From an uncultured delta proteobacterium (GTDB lineage Bacteria; Myxococcota; Myxococcia; Myxococcales; Anaeromyxobacteraceae), in assembly GCA_963814585.1 (NCBI GenBank), contig CAWFDF010000008.1, positions 288,001 through 352,000 on the forward strand: a DNA stretch of 64,000 bases, read 5' to 3'. Below, piece after piece: positions 17,400 through 27,589 of this stretch (position 1 is the first letter of the stretch; every line of letters starts with the position of its first letter). The translations under genes and the position numbers were made by a program. The notes under the pieces are model-generated. The model was not told the origin of the DNA. It ran no database searches and was given only the letters and a program-made list of their open reading frames with translations.

Positions 17400-18329
17400 T
17401 CAGATCCCACCGCCGAACGAGAACCGGCTGTCCCTGAGCTCGGCCTGCGTGATGCGGCTGTTGGGCGGCACCGGCTGGGTCAGCCAGACGTTGCCGCCGA
17501 TCGACGACCCCTTCCCGATGACGATCCGGCCCAGGATGGTCGCCCCGGAGTAGATGACCACGTCGTCCTCGACGATGGGGTGCCGGTCGATGCCCTTGAT
17601 GGGCTTCCCGTGCTCGTCGAGCGGGAAGCTCTTCGCCCCCAGGGTCACGCCCTGGTAGAGCCGGACGCGATCGCCCAGCACCGCGGTCTCGCCCACCACC
17701 ACGCCGGTGCCGTGATCGATGAAGAACTTCCCGCCGATCCGGGCGCCCGGGTGGATGTCGATGCCGGTCACGGTGTGGGCGTACTCGGTGATGATGCGCG
17801 GGATGAGCGGCACCCCCAGGACGTGGAGCCGATGGGCGATGCGCTGGTTGGTGATGGCGAAGAGGCCCGGGTAGGCGAAGATGGCCTCGTCGCGCGTCTT
17901 GAGCGCCGGGTCGCCCTCGTAGGCCGCCTCGACGTCGGAACGGACCAGCCGCTGGATCTCCGGCACGCGCGCCAGGAACTCGCCCGAGACGCGGCGTGAC
18001 TCCTCGGCGCAGTGGGCACACTGGTGGTAGTCGTGGCGGGCGAAGAAGGCCAGGGCGCGTCGCACCTGCTCCTCCAGCGAGTGGAGGGCCCGCTCCAGGG
18101 TGGCGCCCAGGTAGAAGTGGAGCGCCTCGGCCCGGACGTCGGAGGTGCCGAAGTAGCCCGGGAAGAAGACCGAGCGAAGGTCCTCGACGATCTGGATGAC
18201 CGCCTCGCGCGACGGGAGGATGGCGCGGCCGCCGGGGAGCCCCTCCAGCAGCGAGGCCTCCGCGGCCAGCTGGTCGACGACGGCGCGCAGGTCGGCCGGC
18301 TGCGGCCCGGTTTCGATTGGCGTGGTCAC
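17400..18329 (-). CDS. cysE: Serine O-acetyltransferase (long EpsC-type)
   Basis: [32 protein letters not shown] hexapeptide repeats; coupled to cysK. Confidence 0.92.
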   Translation of the reverse strand: MTTPIETGPQPADLRAVVDQLAAEASLLEGLPGGRAILPSREAVIQIVEDLRSVFFPGYFGTSDVRAEALHFYLGATLERALHSLEEQVRRALAFFARHDYHQCAHCAEESRRVSGEFLARVPEIQRLVRSDVEAAYEGDPALKTRDEAIFAYPGLFAITNQRIAHRLHVLGVPLIPRIITEYAHTVTGIDIHPGARIGGKFFIDHGTGVVVGETAVLGDRVRLYQGVTLGAKSFPLDEHGKPIKGIDRHPIVEDDVVIYSGATILGRIVIGKGSSIGGNVWLTQPVPPNSRITQAELRDSRFSFGGGI

Positions 18330-19261
18330 TTCTGCTCCTCGTAGAGCCAGGTGGAGAGGTAGCGCTCGCCGGTGTCGGGGAGCACCACCACGACGAGCTT
18401 GCCGGCGTTCTCGGGACGCTGGGCGACCTGCAGCGCCGCCCAGGCGGCCCCGCCGCAGGAGATCCCGGAGAGGATCCCCTCCTCGCGGGAGAGTCGCCGA
18501 GCCACGGCCCCGGCGTCCTCGTTGCTCACCGCGATGATCTCGTCGACCACCGAGGTGTTCATGACGGCGGGGACGAACCCCGGCCCCCAGCCCTGGATCT
18601 TGTGCGCCCCGGGCTTGCCGCCGGAGAGGACCGGCGAGTCGGCCGGCTCCGCGGCGACCACCCGGATGTTCGGGTTGCGGGCCTTGAGCACCTCGCCCAC
18701 GCCGGTGATGGTGCCGCCGGTCCCGGTCCCGGCCACGAAGACGTCGACCTTCCCGTCGGTGTCCCGCCAGATCTCCTCGGCGGTGGTGCGGCGGTGGATC
18801 TCCGGGTTGGCGGGGTTGTCGAACTGCTGCAGCATCAGGTAGCGGGGATCCGCCGCCGCCAGCGCCGTGGCCCTGGCGATGGCCCCCTTCATCCCCTCCG
18901 GCCCCGGCGTCAGGATCAGCTCGGCGCCCAGCGCGGCCACGATGCGCCGCCGCTCCACCGACATGGTCTCCGGCATGGTGAGCACCAGCCGGTAGCCCTT
19001 GGCGGCCGCGGCGAAGGCCAGGCCGATGCCGGTGTTGCCGCTGGTCGGCTCGAGGAGGATGGTGTCCGGCCGGATGCGGCCGGCCCGCTCGGCCGCCTCG
19101 ATCATGGCCACGCCGATCCGGTCCTTGACGCTGGAGGCCGGGTTGAAGCTCTCCAGCTTGGCCACCACCGTGGCGCCGGCGCCCGCGGCGATCCGGTTGA
19201 GGCGCACCAGCGGCGTGTTGCCGATGAGCTTGGTGACGTCGGCGGCGATCTTCATGGACAT
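18326..19261 (-). CDS. cysK: Cysteine synthase A
   Basis: IGNTPLV, SVKDR (PLP lysine), [23 protein letters not shown]. Confidence 0.96.
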   Translation of the reverse strand: MSMKIAADVTKLIGNTPLVRLNRIAAGAGATVVAKLESFNPASSVKDRIGVAMIEAAERAGRIRPDTILLEPTSGNTGIGLAFAAAAKGYRLVLTMPETMSVERRRIVAALGAELILTPGPEGMKGAIARATALAAADPRYLMLQQFDNPANPEIHRRTTAEEIWRDTDGKVDVFVAGTGTGGTITGVGEVLKARNPNIRVVAAEPADSPVLSGGKPGAHKIQGWGPGFVPAVMNTSVVDEIIAVSNEDAGAVARRLSREEGILSGISCGGAAWAALQVAQRPENAGKLVVVVLPDTGERYLSTWLYEEQK

Positions 19262-19330
19262 CCCCCGTTCCGTCAACGCGGATAGCACGCCGTCCGGGCG
19301 GATTCCAGTCCCGCCCCCGGGTCTCGTCGC

Positions 19331-21391
19331 CTATCCGCCGCCGTCCTCGTCCGCCAGCGCCGCGTCGATCTCGGCCTCGGTGGGCGCCGCCGCCACGGCG
19401 TCGGCCGGGGCCGGCGTCCCTCCCGGCGGGTGGAAGAACTCGAAGACCGCCCGGGCCTGCCCGGCGCCGAACCCCTCGACCGCGCCCAGCTCCTCGAGCG
19501 TCGCCTCGCGCACCCGCTTCAGCGCCCCGAAGTGGCGCAGCAGCGCTTTCTTCCGCCCCTCGCCGACGCCCGGGATCGACTCGAGCACGCTCTGGAAGTT
19601 CCGCTCCCGCCGAAGCTTGCGGTGGAAGGTGATGGCGAAGCGGTGGGCCTCGTCGCGCAGCCTGGTCAGCAGGAAGAGCTCGGCCGAGTTCTGGCGCAGC
19701 ACGACGGGATCCTTGCGGGCCGGCAGGAAGACGCGCTCCGGGGTCCGCTCCGCCTCCCCGACGAACCCCTTCTCGGCCGCCTCCGCCGCGTCGGCCAGCC
19801 TCCGAGCGGCCGGCGCCGCCGGGCGCCCGCGCCGGCCCACCACCCGGGCGGTGCCGAGATCGGCGGCCACCAGCCGCGACTTGGCGAGGCCGATCAGCTC
19901 CACGAAAGGCGCCTCCGGGTTCCCCGGCACGGGCTTGACGGGAACGCCGAGATCGCGCGCCGCCGCCAGCGCCGCGGCCAGCTGCCCCTTGCCGCCGTCG
20001 ATCACCAGCAGGTCGGGGAAGTGCCCCTCGTGGATGGCCCGCCGCAGCCTCCGCGAGATCACCTCGTGGAGCATGGCGAAGTCGTCCTGCCCGGCCACCC
20101 CCTTCACCTTGTAGCGGCGGTAGCCGGCCTTGTCGGGCTCGCCGTCGCGCATCGAGACGCCCGAGCCGACGGCCAGCGCCCCCTGGAACGTCGAGATGTC
20201 GTAGCACTCCATCCAGCGCGGCGGCCGCGCCAGGTGGAGCGAGCGCATCAGCGCCACCAGCGCCTCCTCGCGCCGCGAGTCCTTCTCGTGCCAGCTCCGG
20301 AAGCTCTGCTCGGCATTCCGCGCCGCCACCGCCAGCAGGTCGGCCTTGGCCCCACGCCGCGGCGTCGCCAGTCTCACCTTGCCGCCGCGCCGCTCGGCCA
20401 GCACCTCGGCCAGGGCGGCGGCCTCGACCGGCTCGATCGGCACCAGCACCTCCTCCGGAACCGGCATCCGCTCGTAGTAGGCGGCGAGGAACTGGCTGAG
20501 CAGCTCGGCGGCGGGGAACTCCTGCCCCTTGAACGGGAAGGCCCTGGCGTCGACCAGCTTGCCGCTCCGCATCACCAGCACCTGGATCACCAGGTCCGGC
20601 CCCTCGCGGTGCAGCCCGACGACGTCGCGGTCTGCGCCATCGCCCATCTGGACCCGCTGCGTCTCCAGGCTCCGGGCCACCGCCTGCAGCTGGTCGCGCA
20701 GCCTGGCCGCCGCCTCGTAGTCGAGCGCCGCCGCGGCCGCCTTCATCCGCTCGGCGAGCCGCGCCGCCAGCTCCGGCTCGCGCCCCTCGAGGAAGGCCAC
20801 CGCGTCGTCGACGCTGGCCTGGTAGTCCTCCGCCGGCACCTCGTAGACGCAAGGCGCCGGGCAGCGGTGGATCTGGTACAGGATGCACGGCCGCCGGCGC
20901 GTGTCGAAGACGTGGTCGGTGCAGGTGCGGAGCTGGAAGTGGCGGTTGATGAGCCTGAGGGTCTCGCGGATCGACCATGCCGATCCGAACGGGCCGAAGT
21001 AGCGCGACTTCGGGTCCCGCGCCTCGCGGGCCCGCCGCACCTCGAGGCGCGGGTACGGGTGGCGGCCGTCGAGCCTGAGGACGATGAAGTCCTTGTCGTC
21101 GCGCAGCACCACGTTGAAGCGAGGCCGGTGCTTCTTGATGAGCTGGTTCTCGAGGAGCACCGCCTCCTTCTCGGAGCGCGTGACGATCACCTCGATGGCG
21201 CCGAGCAGCTCGTCGAGCAGCGCCACGAAGGCGCGCTCGTCGGCGCGGGGCGCGCCGAAGTAGCTCCGGACCCGGCCGCGAAGGCTGGAGGCCTTGCCGA
21301 CGTAGACCACCGTCCCGGCCCGATCCTTCATGAGGTAGCAGCCGGGCTCGGCCGGCAGCTCCTCCAGGGCGCGCTGGACGTTGGGATCCAT
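19331..21391 (-). CDS. uvrC: Excinuclease ABC subunit C
   Basis: GIY-YIG (PGCYLM, YVGKA), Cys cluster, [28 protein letters not shown], HhH. Confidence 0.96.
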   Translation of the reverse strand: MDPNVQRALEELPAEPGCYLMKDRAGTVVYVGKASSLRGRVRSYFGAPRADERAFVALLDELLGAIEVIVTRSEKEAVLLENQLIKKHRPRFNVVLRDDKDFIVLRLDGRHPYPRLEVRRAREARDPKSRYFGPFGSAWSIRETLRLINRHFQLRTCTDHVFDTRRRPCILYQIHRCPAPCVYEVPAEDYQASVDDAVAFLEGREPELAARLAERMKAAAAALDYEAAARLRDQLQAVARSLETQRVQMGDGADRDVVGLHREGPDLVIQVLVMRSGKLVDARAFPFKGQEFPAAELLSQFLAAYYERMPVPEEVLVPIEPVEAAALAEVLAERRGGKVRLATPRRGAKADLLAVAARNAEQSFRSWHEKDSRREEALVALMRSLHLARPPRWMECYDISTFQGALAVGSGVSMRDGEPDKAGYRRYKVKGVAGQDDFAMLHEVISRRLRRAIHEGHFPDLLVIDGGKGQLAAALAAARDLGVPVKPVPGNPEAPFVELIGLAKSRLVAADLGTARVVGRRGRPAAPAARRLADAAEAAEKGFVGEAERTPERVFLPARKDPVVLRQNSAELFLLTRLRDEAHRFAITFHRKLRRERNFQSVLESIPGVGEGRKKALLRHFGALKRVREATLEELGAVEGFGAGQARAVFEFFHPPGGTPAPADAVAAAPTEAEIDAALADEDGGG

Positions 21392-21408
21392 CGGATGATC
21401 CGGACCGG

Positions 21409-22202
21409 CTACTCGGCGGCGGGGGGCGCCGCCAGCCCCAGCCCGTGGGCGACCGCCTCGGCGCGGCGGCGCAGGTCGGCGCCGGCGGCCAGGTCGCCCG
21501 TCCGGTCGGCGAGCCGGGCCGCGCCCGACAGGGCCACGAGCAGGGCCGGCCGGTCGTCGGACCGGGAGAGCGGCTCCAGCGCGGCGCGGTAGAGCGACAG
21601 CGCCGCCGCGGCCTCGCCGGCCCTCTCGGCCCGCCTGGCGCGGTTCAGCGACAGCGGGCCGGCCACGGCCGGCTCCCCCCGGCCAGCCGCTCCGCCTCGG
21701 CGAAGCGGCGCCGCGCCTCCTCGGGCGAGGCCAGGACGCCGAGCCCCAGCTCGGCCAGCGCCTCCGCCAGGGGGTCCTCCCCGGCCCTCGCCAGCGCCCT
21801 GGCCCGCTCCAGCGCCTCGGCCACGCCATCCCGGCCCAGCGCCTGCCGCGCCCGGGCCAGGCCGAGCCAGGCCCGGGCGGCCAGGGCCCGGTCGCCGGAC
21901 CCCTCCGCCAGCACCGCCGATCGCTCCAGCGGCTCGATCGCCGAGGCCGCCTCTCCGGCGGCGAGGCGCGCCAGCCCCTCGCGGCAGGCGGCGTCGGCGG
22001 CCAGGGCCGGGTGATCTCCGCGCGCCGCGGTCCTGGCGGCCCGGCCGAAGAAGACGGCGGCGGTCCTCGGATCGTCGAAGCGCCGGGCGACCTCGCCGCT
22101 GGAGCGCTGGCGGTGGGCGAGATGCTCGGCCGGCGGCGGCCGAGGACCGGCGGCGCACCCGGAGAGGAGCGCCAGCAGCCCCGGGATGGCGCGGCGGATC
22201 AC
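21409..22202 (-). CDS. TPR-like helical lipoprotein (frameshifted near 21675-21680)
   Basis: Lipobox LLSGC; Ala-rich helical repeats continue in a second frame after a C6 run. Confidence 0.6.
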
Positions 22203-23239
22203 GGGCGCCCCTCCCCGCCTGGATCGCCGGCCCGGACGGGCAGGCCGTCGATCACCGCCGGCGGCGAAGGGGCCCCGGGATCCGGCACCGAGCCGCGGAG
22301 CAGCCAGTGCTCGTTCACCAGCTCGAGGGTCCGGTTGGCCTGCACGATGAGGAGCTGGGTCTGGCCGAGCAGCACCTCCAGCTCTTCCCGCCGCCCCCGG
22401 GCGGCCTCGGTCAGCTCGGCGGCGTGCCTGGCCAGGTCCGAGGTGTGGCCGATGAGCCCGTCGATCTTCGCCCAGCTCCCGTGGAGGTCGGCCAGGGCCA
22501 CCTCGATCCGCTCGTACATCACGGCGTCGGTCATCAGCCTGCCGGCGGTCCCCTTGCCGTCGCGCAGGCCGCGCAGCAGCTCCTCGGCGCGCGCCATCAC
22601 CGCGGCGGCGTGCTCGACGGCGCGCTCCCGCTCCAGGGAGCGGGCCAGCCGGTCCACGGAGAGGACCAGCCGGTCGGCGTGCTCGACGGCGCGGGCGTCC
22701 TTGACCTGGCCCAGGATGGCGTCGGCCTTGGTGAGGATCTCCTGGGTCCGGCCGAGGATGGCGGGGAGCTGGGTCCGGAGCGCCTCCAGCGTCTCGCGAG
22801 CCCGGGTGGCCGGGTCGCCCTCGGCCTCTCCGACCAGCACCTGGCCGTCGGGCCAGGTGCCGGCGCCGCCGCCGGCGTCGAGCTCGATGCCCAGCTCTCC
22901 CACCAGCCCGCCGATGGGGACCCGGAGCGTGGCGCGGGCGTCGTCGCGCAGGACCTCCCGGGCCGAGCCGTTGAGGCTGAGCCGGGCCCGGACCAGCCGC
23001 TGCTCCCGGGACGAGGCCACCACCCGGCCGACCACCTCGCCGGCCAGCTTCACCGGCACGCCGGCCCGGAGCACCGCGGCGTGCTCCGCCGGGAAGGTCG
23101 CCTCCAGCTCGGCGCGCCGGTCGAACCAGTGGCGACCGCGTCCGACCACCAGGAGCGCGGCCAGCACCGCGATCACGGCGAGGAGCACGAAGGCGCCGAC
23201 GATCTCGCGGACGTGGCGAAGCTGCGGGGAGGAGCTCAT
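22199..23239 (-). CDS. MlaD/MCE-domain protein with a long helical C-terminus
   Basis: VGAFVL TM segment, LRAGVPVKLAGEVVGRV MCE motif, GKGTAGRLMTD helical region. Confidence 0.88.
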   Translation of the reverse strand: MSSSPQLRHVREIVGAFVLLAVIAVLAALLVVGRGRHWFDRRAELEATFPAEHAAVLRAGVPVKLAGEVVGRVVASSREQRLVRARLSLNGSAREVLRDDARATLRVPIGGLVGELGIELDAGGGAGTWPDGQVLVGEAEGDPATRARETLEALRTQLPAILGRTQEILTKADAILGQVKDARAVEHADRLVLSVDRLARSLERERAVEHAAAVMARAEELLRGLRDGKGTAGRLMTDAVMYERIEVALADLHGSWAKIDGLIGHTSDLARHAAELTEAARGRREELEVLLGQTQLLIVQANRTLELVNEHWLLRGSVPDPGAPSPPAVIDGLPVRAGDPGGEGRP

Positions 23240-23892
23240 GAGCGTGGCACCGGGACCGGGTGGGTCGAGGCGGCCAGCGCGGCCGCCAGGCCAGGACGGG
23301 GGGTGACGGCCAGCATCGCCCGGGCGCCCCCGGAGCGCCAGCGAGCCAGGGCGGCGGCCACCTCGGCCGCCTCCTCCTCGACGAGGTCGTCGAGCGGGTC
23401 GTGCAGCACCAGCAGCTCCGGCTCGAGGAGGACGGCTCGCGCCAGCGCCACCCTCCGCTGCACGCCGATGGAGACCCGCTCCGGGCGGAGGTCCGGGACC
23501 TCCTCGAGCCCGAAGGCCTCCAGCGCTGCTCGCGATGCCTCGGCGCCGTCTCCCCACCCGGCGCGGTGGAACCGCCACGGCAGCAGCAGGTTCTCGCGGA
23601 GCGTGAGGTTGGCCAGCAGGGCGGACTGGCGTGGCAGGAAGCCGACCCGGGCGCGGAGCGCCGCCAGCACCGCCGGGCGGCCCGACCACGGATCGCCGCC
23701 GAGGAGGCGCACCGTGCCCGACGCCGGCGGATCAATCCCCATCACGGCCCGCAGCAGGGCCGCCGCCACCTCGGGCCCGGCCTGGAGGACGAGGGCGTCG
23801 CCGGCCGCCACCCGGAAGGAGATCCCGCCGGCGAGGCGCTCGCCGGCCTGGCTGGTCACGGTGAGCTCCTCGACCTCGATGGCGGCGTCCAT
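23236..23892 (-). CDS. MlaF-like ABC ATP-binding-fold protein with degenerate catalytic motifs
   Basis: ABC scaffold recognisable (ISFRVAAGD, PASGTVRLLG, LTLRENLLLP, RRVALARA) but no Walker A GKS/T; Walker B reads LLVLHDP. Confidence 0.8.
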   Translation of the reverse strand: MDAAIEVEELTVTSQAGERLAGGISFRVAAGDALVLQAGPEVAAALLRAVMGIDPPASGTVRLLGGDPWSGRPAVLAALRARVGFLPRQSALLANLTLRENLLLPWRFHRAGWGDGAEASRAALEAFGLEEVPDLRPERVSIGVQRRVALARAVLLEPELLVLHDPLDDLVEEEAAEVAAALARWRSGGARAMLAVTPRPGLAAALAASTHPVPVPRS

Positions 23893-23898
23893 GGCGCG

Positions 23899-24693
23899 TC
23901 AGGCCAGGTAGAGCAGCAGGGAGACCATGGTGTTCCAGGCGAAGACGACCGAGATGGAGGCCGCCACCGAGGCGGTGATGGCCGGCGGCACCGCCGTCTC
24001 GCTCCCCACGGCCCGGAATCCCACGCGGCAGCCGATGGCGGCGATGACCAGCCCGGGGACGAGCGACTTGGCCAGCAGCGCGGCCACGTCGGACGGCCTC
24101 ACCGCCGCGGCGACCAGGTCCAGCAGGTCCCGCGGCGCCGGGCCGCCCAGCAGCGGCGAGAGCAGCGCGCTGGCCCCGATGGCCACGGCCAGGAAGACGA
24201 CGTTGAGCGCCATGAGCGAGACCGTCATGCCGAGCAGCCGCGGCACCACCAGGTACTCGAAGGGGTCGACGCCGAGCCCGGTGAGCAGGTCGACCTCGCC
24301 GGAGACCCGCATGGTGGCCAGCTCGGCGGTGAGCGCGGTGCCGCTGCGGGCGATGACGATGGTGGCGGCGATGAGGGGACCGAGCTCCCGGACCAGCACC
24401 ACCACCAGCACGGTGCCGAGCACGCCCCCGCCGGCGCTCGCGGTGTAGGGAGCCTGCGCCGCCACGGCCAGCGCCGCCAGGAAGGCGAGGAACAGCGTGA
24501 AGGGGACGGCGGCGACGCCGGTGAAGTAGACCTGGCGGTAGAACACCTCGCGCACCACCGGGCGGAGGTGGAGGCCGTCTCGGAGGAGCGCCCAGCTCAC
24601 CTCGCCGACGATGGCGGCCAGCTCCACGGCGGCGGCGGCGGCCTTCACCACCGGGGTCCCGGCGGCGCTGAGGAGTCGGCGAAGCGGCGGCAT
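23899..24693 (-). CDS. MlaE-family ABC permease
   Basis: RQVYFTGV, VRELGPLIAA, ARSGTALTAELATM, YLVVPR. Confidence 0.9.
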   Translation of the reverse strand: MPPLRRLLSAAGTPVVKAAAAAVELAAIVGEVSWALLRDGLHLRPVVREVFYRQVYFTGVAAVPFTLFLAFLAALAVAAQAPYTASAGGGVLGTVLVVVLVRELGPLIAATIVIARSGTALTAELATMRVSGEVDLLTGLGVDPFEYLVVPRLLGMTVSLMALNVVFLAVAIGASALLSPLLGGPAPRDLLDLVAAAVRPSDVAALLAKSLVPGLVIAAIGCRVGFRAVGSETAVPPAITASVAASISVVFAWNTMVSLLLYLA

Positions 24694-24864
24694 GCCAGGC
24701 ATCCCACCCCGCGCCCCGGCCGGGGTCAAGTGGGGCCTCCGGGACGCCACGCTGCCCGTGGTGGAGCGGCACCTGGAGGTCGAGGCGATGGGCCAGCCCT
24801 GGAGGCACCGCACCGGGCCCCGCCCGCGGTCACGAACGCCGGCGTGGGCTCTCTGACAAGGACC

Positions 24865-27582
24865 ATGTCCAGCCCCCGGTTCCTCCTGGCCGTCGCCCTC
24901 GCCACGCTAACACCCGCCCTCGCCGCCCCGGCGGACGCGCTCCCCCCCCTGGCCATCGAGAGCTTCGCCCTGCCGAACGGACTCGCGGTGACGCTCCAGC
25001 CCGACCACCGCGTGCCACGCGTGGTGGTGAACACCCTCTTCGGCGTCGGCTCCAAGGACGAGCGCCCGGGCCGGACCGGCTTCGCCCACCTCTTCGAGCA
25101 CCTCATGTTCATGGGGACGAGGCGGGTTCCCGGGAACCAGTTCGACGTCCTCATGGAGTCGTCCGGCGGCGCCAACAACGCCTCGACCTCGGAGGACTGG
25201 ACCACCTACTACTCGTGGGGCCCCTCCTCGATCCTGCCGACGCTCCTCTGGCTCGACGCCAATCGCCTCGAGGCCCTCGGCGCCACCATGACCCAGGCCA
25301 AGCTCGACCTCCAGCGGGAGGTGGTCCGGAACGAGCGGCGCCAGGGCTACGAGAACACGCCGTACGGCTCGGCCGAGCTGGTGGTCGCCGAGGCCATGTT
25401 CCCGGCGGGGCATCCGTACCACCACCCGGTGATCGGCTCCCACCAGGACCTCGAGGCGGCCCGGGTCGAGGACGTGGTCGCCTTCTTCGACGGCCACTAC
25501 GTGCCGGCCAACGCCTCGCTGGTCGTGGCGGGCGACTTCGATCCGGCGCAGGTCCGCCGCCTGGTGGAGCAGCTCTTCGGGCCGCTCGCCCCGCGTTCCC
25601 TGGCTGGTCCGACGCCGGTGGCCGCGCCCCGGCTCGAAGGGGAGATCCGCAGGGTCGTGGTGGACCGGGTCGAGCAGCCCCGCCTCGACCTGGCGTGGCA
25701 TGCGCCGGCGGCCTGGTCGCCCGGCACCGCAGAGCTGCAGCTCCTGGCCCGGATCCTCGGCGAGGGTCCGGCCTCGCGCCTCTCCAGGCGGCTGGTGCTC
25801 GAGAGGCGGCTGGCCACGTCGGTGGTCGTCCAGCTCGACGAGCGGCTCCTCGGCTCGCTCTTCCGGGTCGAGATCACCGGCGTCCCCGGCGTCGACCTCG
25901 ACGCCGTGAAGCGCGAGACGCTCGCCGTCCTCGCCGAGGTGGCCGCCTCCGGTCCGACCGGGGCCGAGATGGCCCGGGCCCGCGTCCGCCAGGAGGTCCA
26001 GATCCGGCAGTCCCGCGAGGACCTGATCTCCAGGGCGATCAGGCTCAACGAGTACCGGAGCTTCCTGGGGACGCCGGATGGCTTCGCCCAGGACCTGGCC
26101 CGCTTCACCGCCGTCGGCGCGCCCGCCGTGCGCGACGCGGCTCGCCGGCTGGGCGCCGGGCGGCTCGACCTCCGCTTCATCCCGCGTGGGGCGCCGGCCG
26201 GGGCCGTCCCCGACGTCCGACCCGCCGATTCCACGCCATCCCGGGTGACGCCTCCGTCGCCGGTGGTCTTCCAGCTCACCTCGGGCGTCGAGGTGCGGGC
26301 GTCGTCGCTCCCCGGCTCCGGCCTCTTCGCCGCCGCCGTCCTCCTCCCTGCGGCCGATCGGGCCGTCCCCGCCTCCAGCGCCGGAACCACCGCGCTGCTC
26401 GGCCAGCTCCTGCTCTCCGGGGCCGGGGGCCGGGACGCCGCCGCCTTCGCCGACGCCACCGCCTCGCTGGGCGCCCGAATCGAGGCCCGCACCGATCGGG
26501 GCGCCCTGGCCATCCGGGTCCAGGGCCTGGCGCGAAACCTGCTCCCCACCCTCGACCTGGTCGCCGACGCCCTGCTCCGCCCGGCGCTGTCACCCGCCGA
26601 CTTCGATCGCGCGAAGGCCCTTCTCCAGGCCCAGGTCGAGGCTCGCGCCGCCGATCCCCGCCAGGTGGCGGCGCTGGTGGCCTCGACCCGGCTCTTCGCC
26701 CCGGAGGACCCGCGCAGCCGCCCCGCCGAGGGCTTTCCTTCGACCGTGGCCAGGCTGACCCTCCACGACGTGAAGGCGATGGCCCCGGCCATCCTCCACC
26801 CCGGGGCGGCCATCATCGTCCTGGCCGGCGACATCGATCCGGCCACGCTGCGGGCCACGCTGGAGCGCCGCTTCGGCGCCTGGAGGTCGGCGGCCCGGCC
26901 GCCGCCGCCCGCCCCGCCCGTGCTCGCCGAGGCCGCCGACCGGCGGCTGGTCCTGGTGGACCGCCCGGGCGCGCCCCAGACCATGGTCCTGGCGTCACGG
27001 CCGCTCGCGCCGGCCGGAGAGCCAGCCCGGACCGCACGCCGCCTGGCGATGGTGGCGCTCGGCGGCGGCTTCACCAGCCGGCTCAACCAGAACCTGCGCG
27101 AGAAGCACGGCTACACCTATGGCGCCCGAGGCCAGATCAGCGAGCGCGACGGCCAGTCGCTGCTGGCCATCGCGAGCGCGGTCCAGACCGAGGTGACCGG
27201 CGCGGCCCTCGGCGAGATCGGCAAGGAGCTCGAGGGCCTCACCCGTGGAGGCGTGTCCCCCGAGGAGGCCGGGAAGGCGCGCGAGACGGCCCGCTCGGAC
27301 ATCGCCGAGCAGCTCCTGACCGCCTCGGACATCGCCATGGCCCTCACCGATCAGGCGCTGGCCGGGCGGCCGGCCGGCTCGCTGGCCGAGGATGCGCTGG
27401 CGCTCGACCGGACCGATTCCGCCTCGATCTCGGGAGCGGCCACGGGTGGGGACTTCGGCCTCGGCGGCCTGGCCGTGGTGCTGGTGGGCGACGCCGCCGC
27501 GGTGGTCCCGCAGCTCGAGAAGGCCGGCCTGCCGGCGCCGCTCCTCCTCGACGTCGAGGGGCGGCCGGTCACGGCGCGGTAG
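24865..27582 (+). CDS. Secreted M16 (pitrilysin-family) zinc peptidase
   Basis: Signal peptide, GFAHLFEHLMF (HxxEH), NASTS, SRLNQNLREKHGYTYG in the C-terminal half. Confidence 0.93.
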   Translation: MSSPRFLLAVALATLTPALAAPADALPPLAIESFALPNGLAVTLQPDHRVPRVVVNTLFGVGSKDERPGRTGFAHLFEHLMFMGTRRVPGNQFDVLMESSGGANNASTSEDWTTYYSWGPSSILPTLLWLDANRLEALGATMTQAKLDLQREVVRNERRQGYENTPYGSAELVVAEAMFPAGHPYHHPVIGSHQDLEAARVEDVVAFFDGHYVPANASLVVAGDFDPAQVRRLVEQLFGPLAPRSLAGPTPVAAPRLEGEIRRVVVDRVEQPRLDLAWHAPAAWSPGTAELQLLARILGEGPASRLSRRLVLERRLATSVVVQLDERLLGSLFRVEITGVPGVDLDAVKRETLAVLAEVAASGPTGAEMARARVRQEVQIRQSREDLISRAIRLNEYRSFLGTPDGFAQDLARFTAVGAPAVRDAARRLGAGRLDLRFIPRGAPAGAVPDVRPADSTPSRVTPPSPVVFQLTSGVEVRASSLPGSGLFAAAVLLPAADRAVPASSAGTTALLGQLLLSGAGGRDAAAFADATASLGARIEARTDRGALAIRVQGLARNLLPTLDLVADALLRPALSPADFDRAKALLQAQVEARAADPRQVAALVASTRLFAPEDPRSRPAEGFPSTVARLTLHDVKAMAPAILHPGAAIIVLAGDIDPATLRATLERRFGAWRSAARPPPPAPPVLAEAADRRLVLVDRPGAPQTMVLASRPLAPAGEPARTARRLAMVALGGGFTSRLNQNLREKHGYTYGARGQISERDGQSLLAIASAVQTEVTGAALGEIGKELEGLTRGGVSPEEAGKARETARSDIAEQLLTASDIAMALTDQALAGRPAGSLAEDALALDRTDSASISGAATGGDFGLGGLAVVLVGDAAAVVPQLEKAGLPAPLLLDVEGRPVTAR

Positions 27583-27589
27583 GCCCGGA

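Noticed and set aside
19740..19880. Ala/Arg-rich insertion in the UvrC RNase H-like domain
   Set aside because: Short, in-frame and low-complexity, with no intein motifs; probably a lineage-specific loop
17400..20978. Apparent 1192-aa ORF ending in cysE; similar long N-terminal extensions on the M16 peptidase, Cys-rich protein and serA ORFs
   Set aside because: Artefacts of taking the most upstream start codon; the true starts are internal and the extensions overlap other genes
26250..27582. C-terminal half of the M16 peptidase lacks HxxEH
   Set aside because: Normal for M16 enzymes, whose second half is non-catalytic
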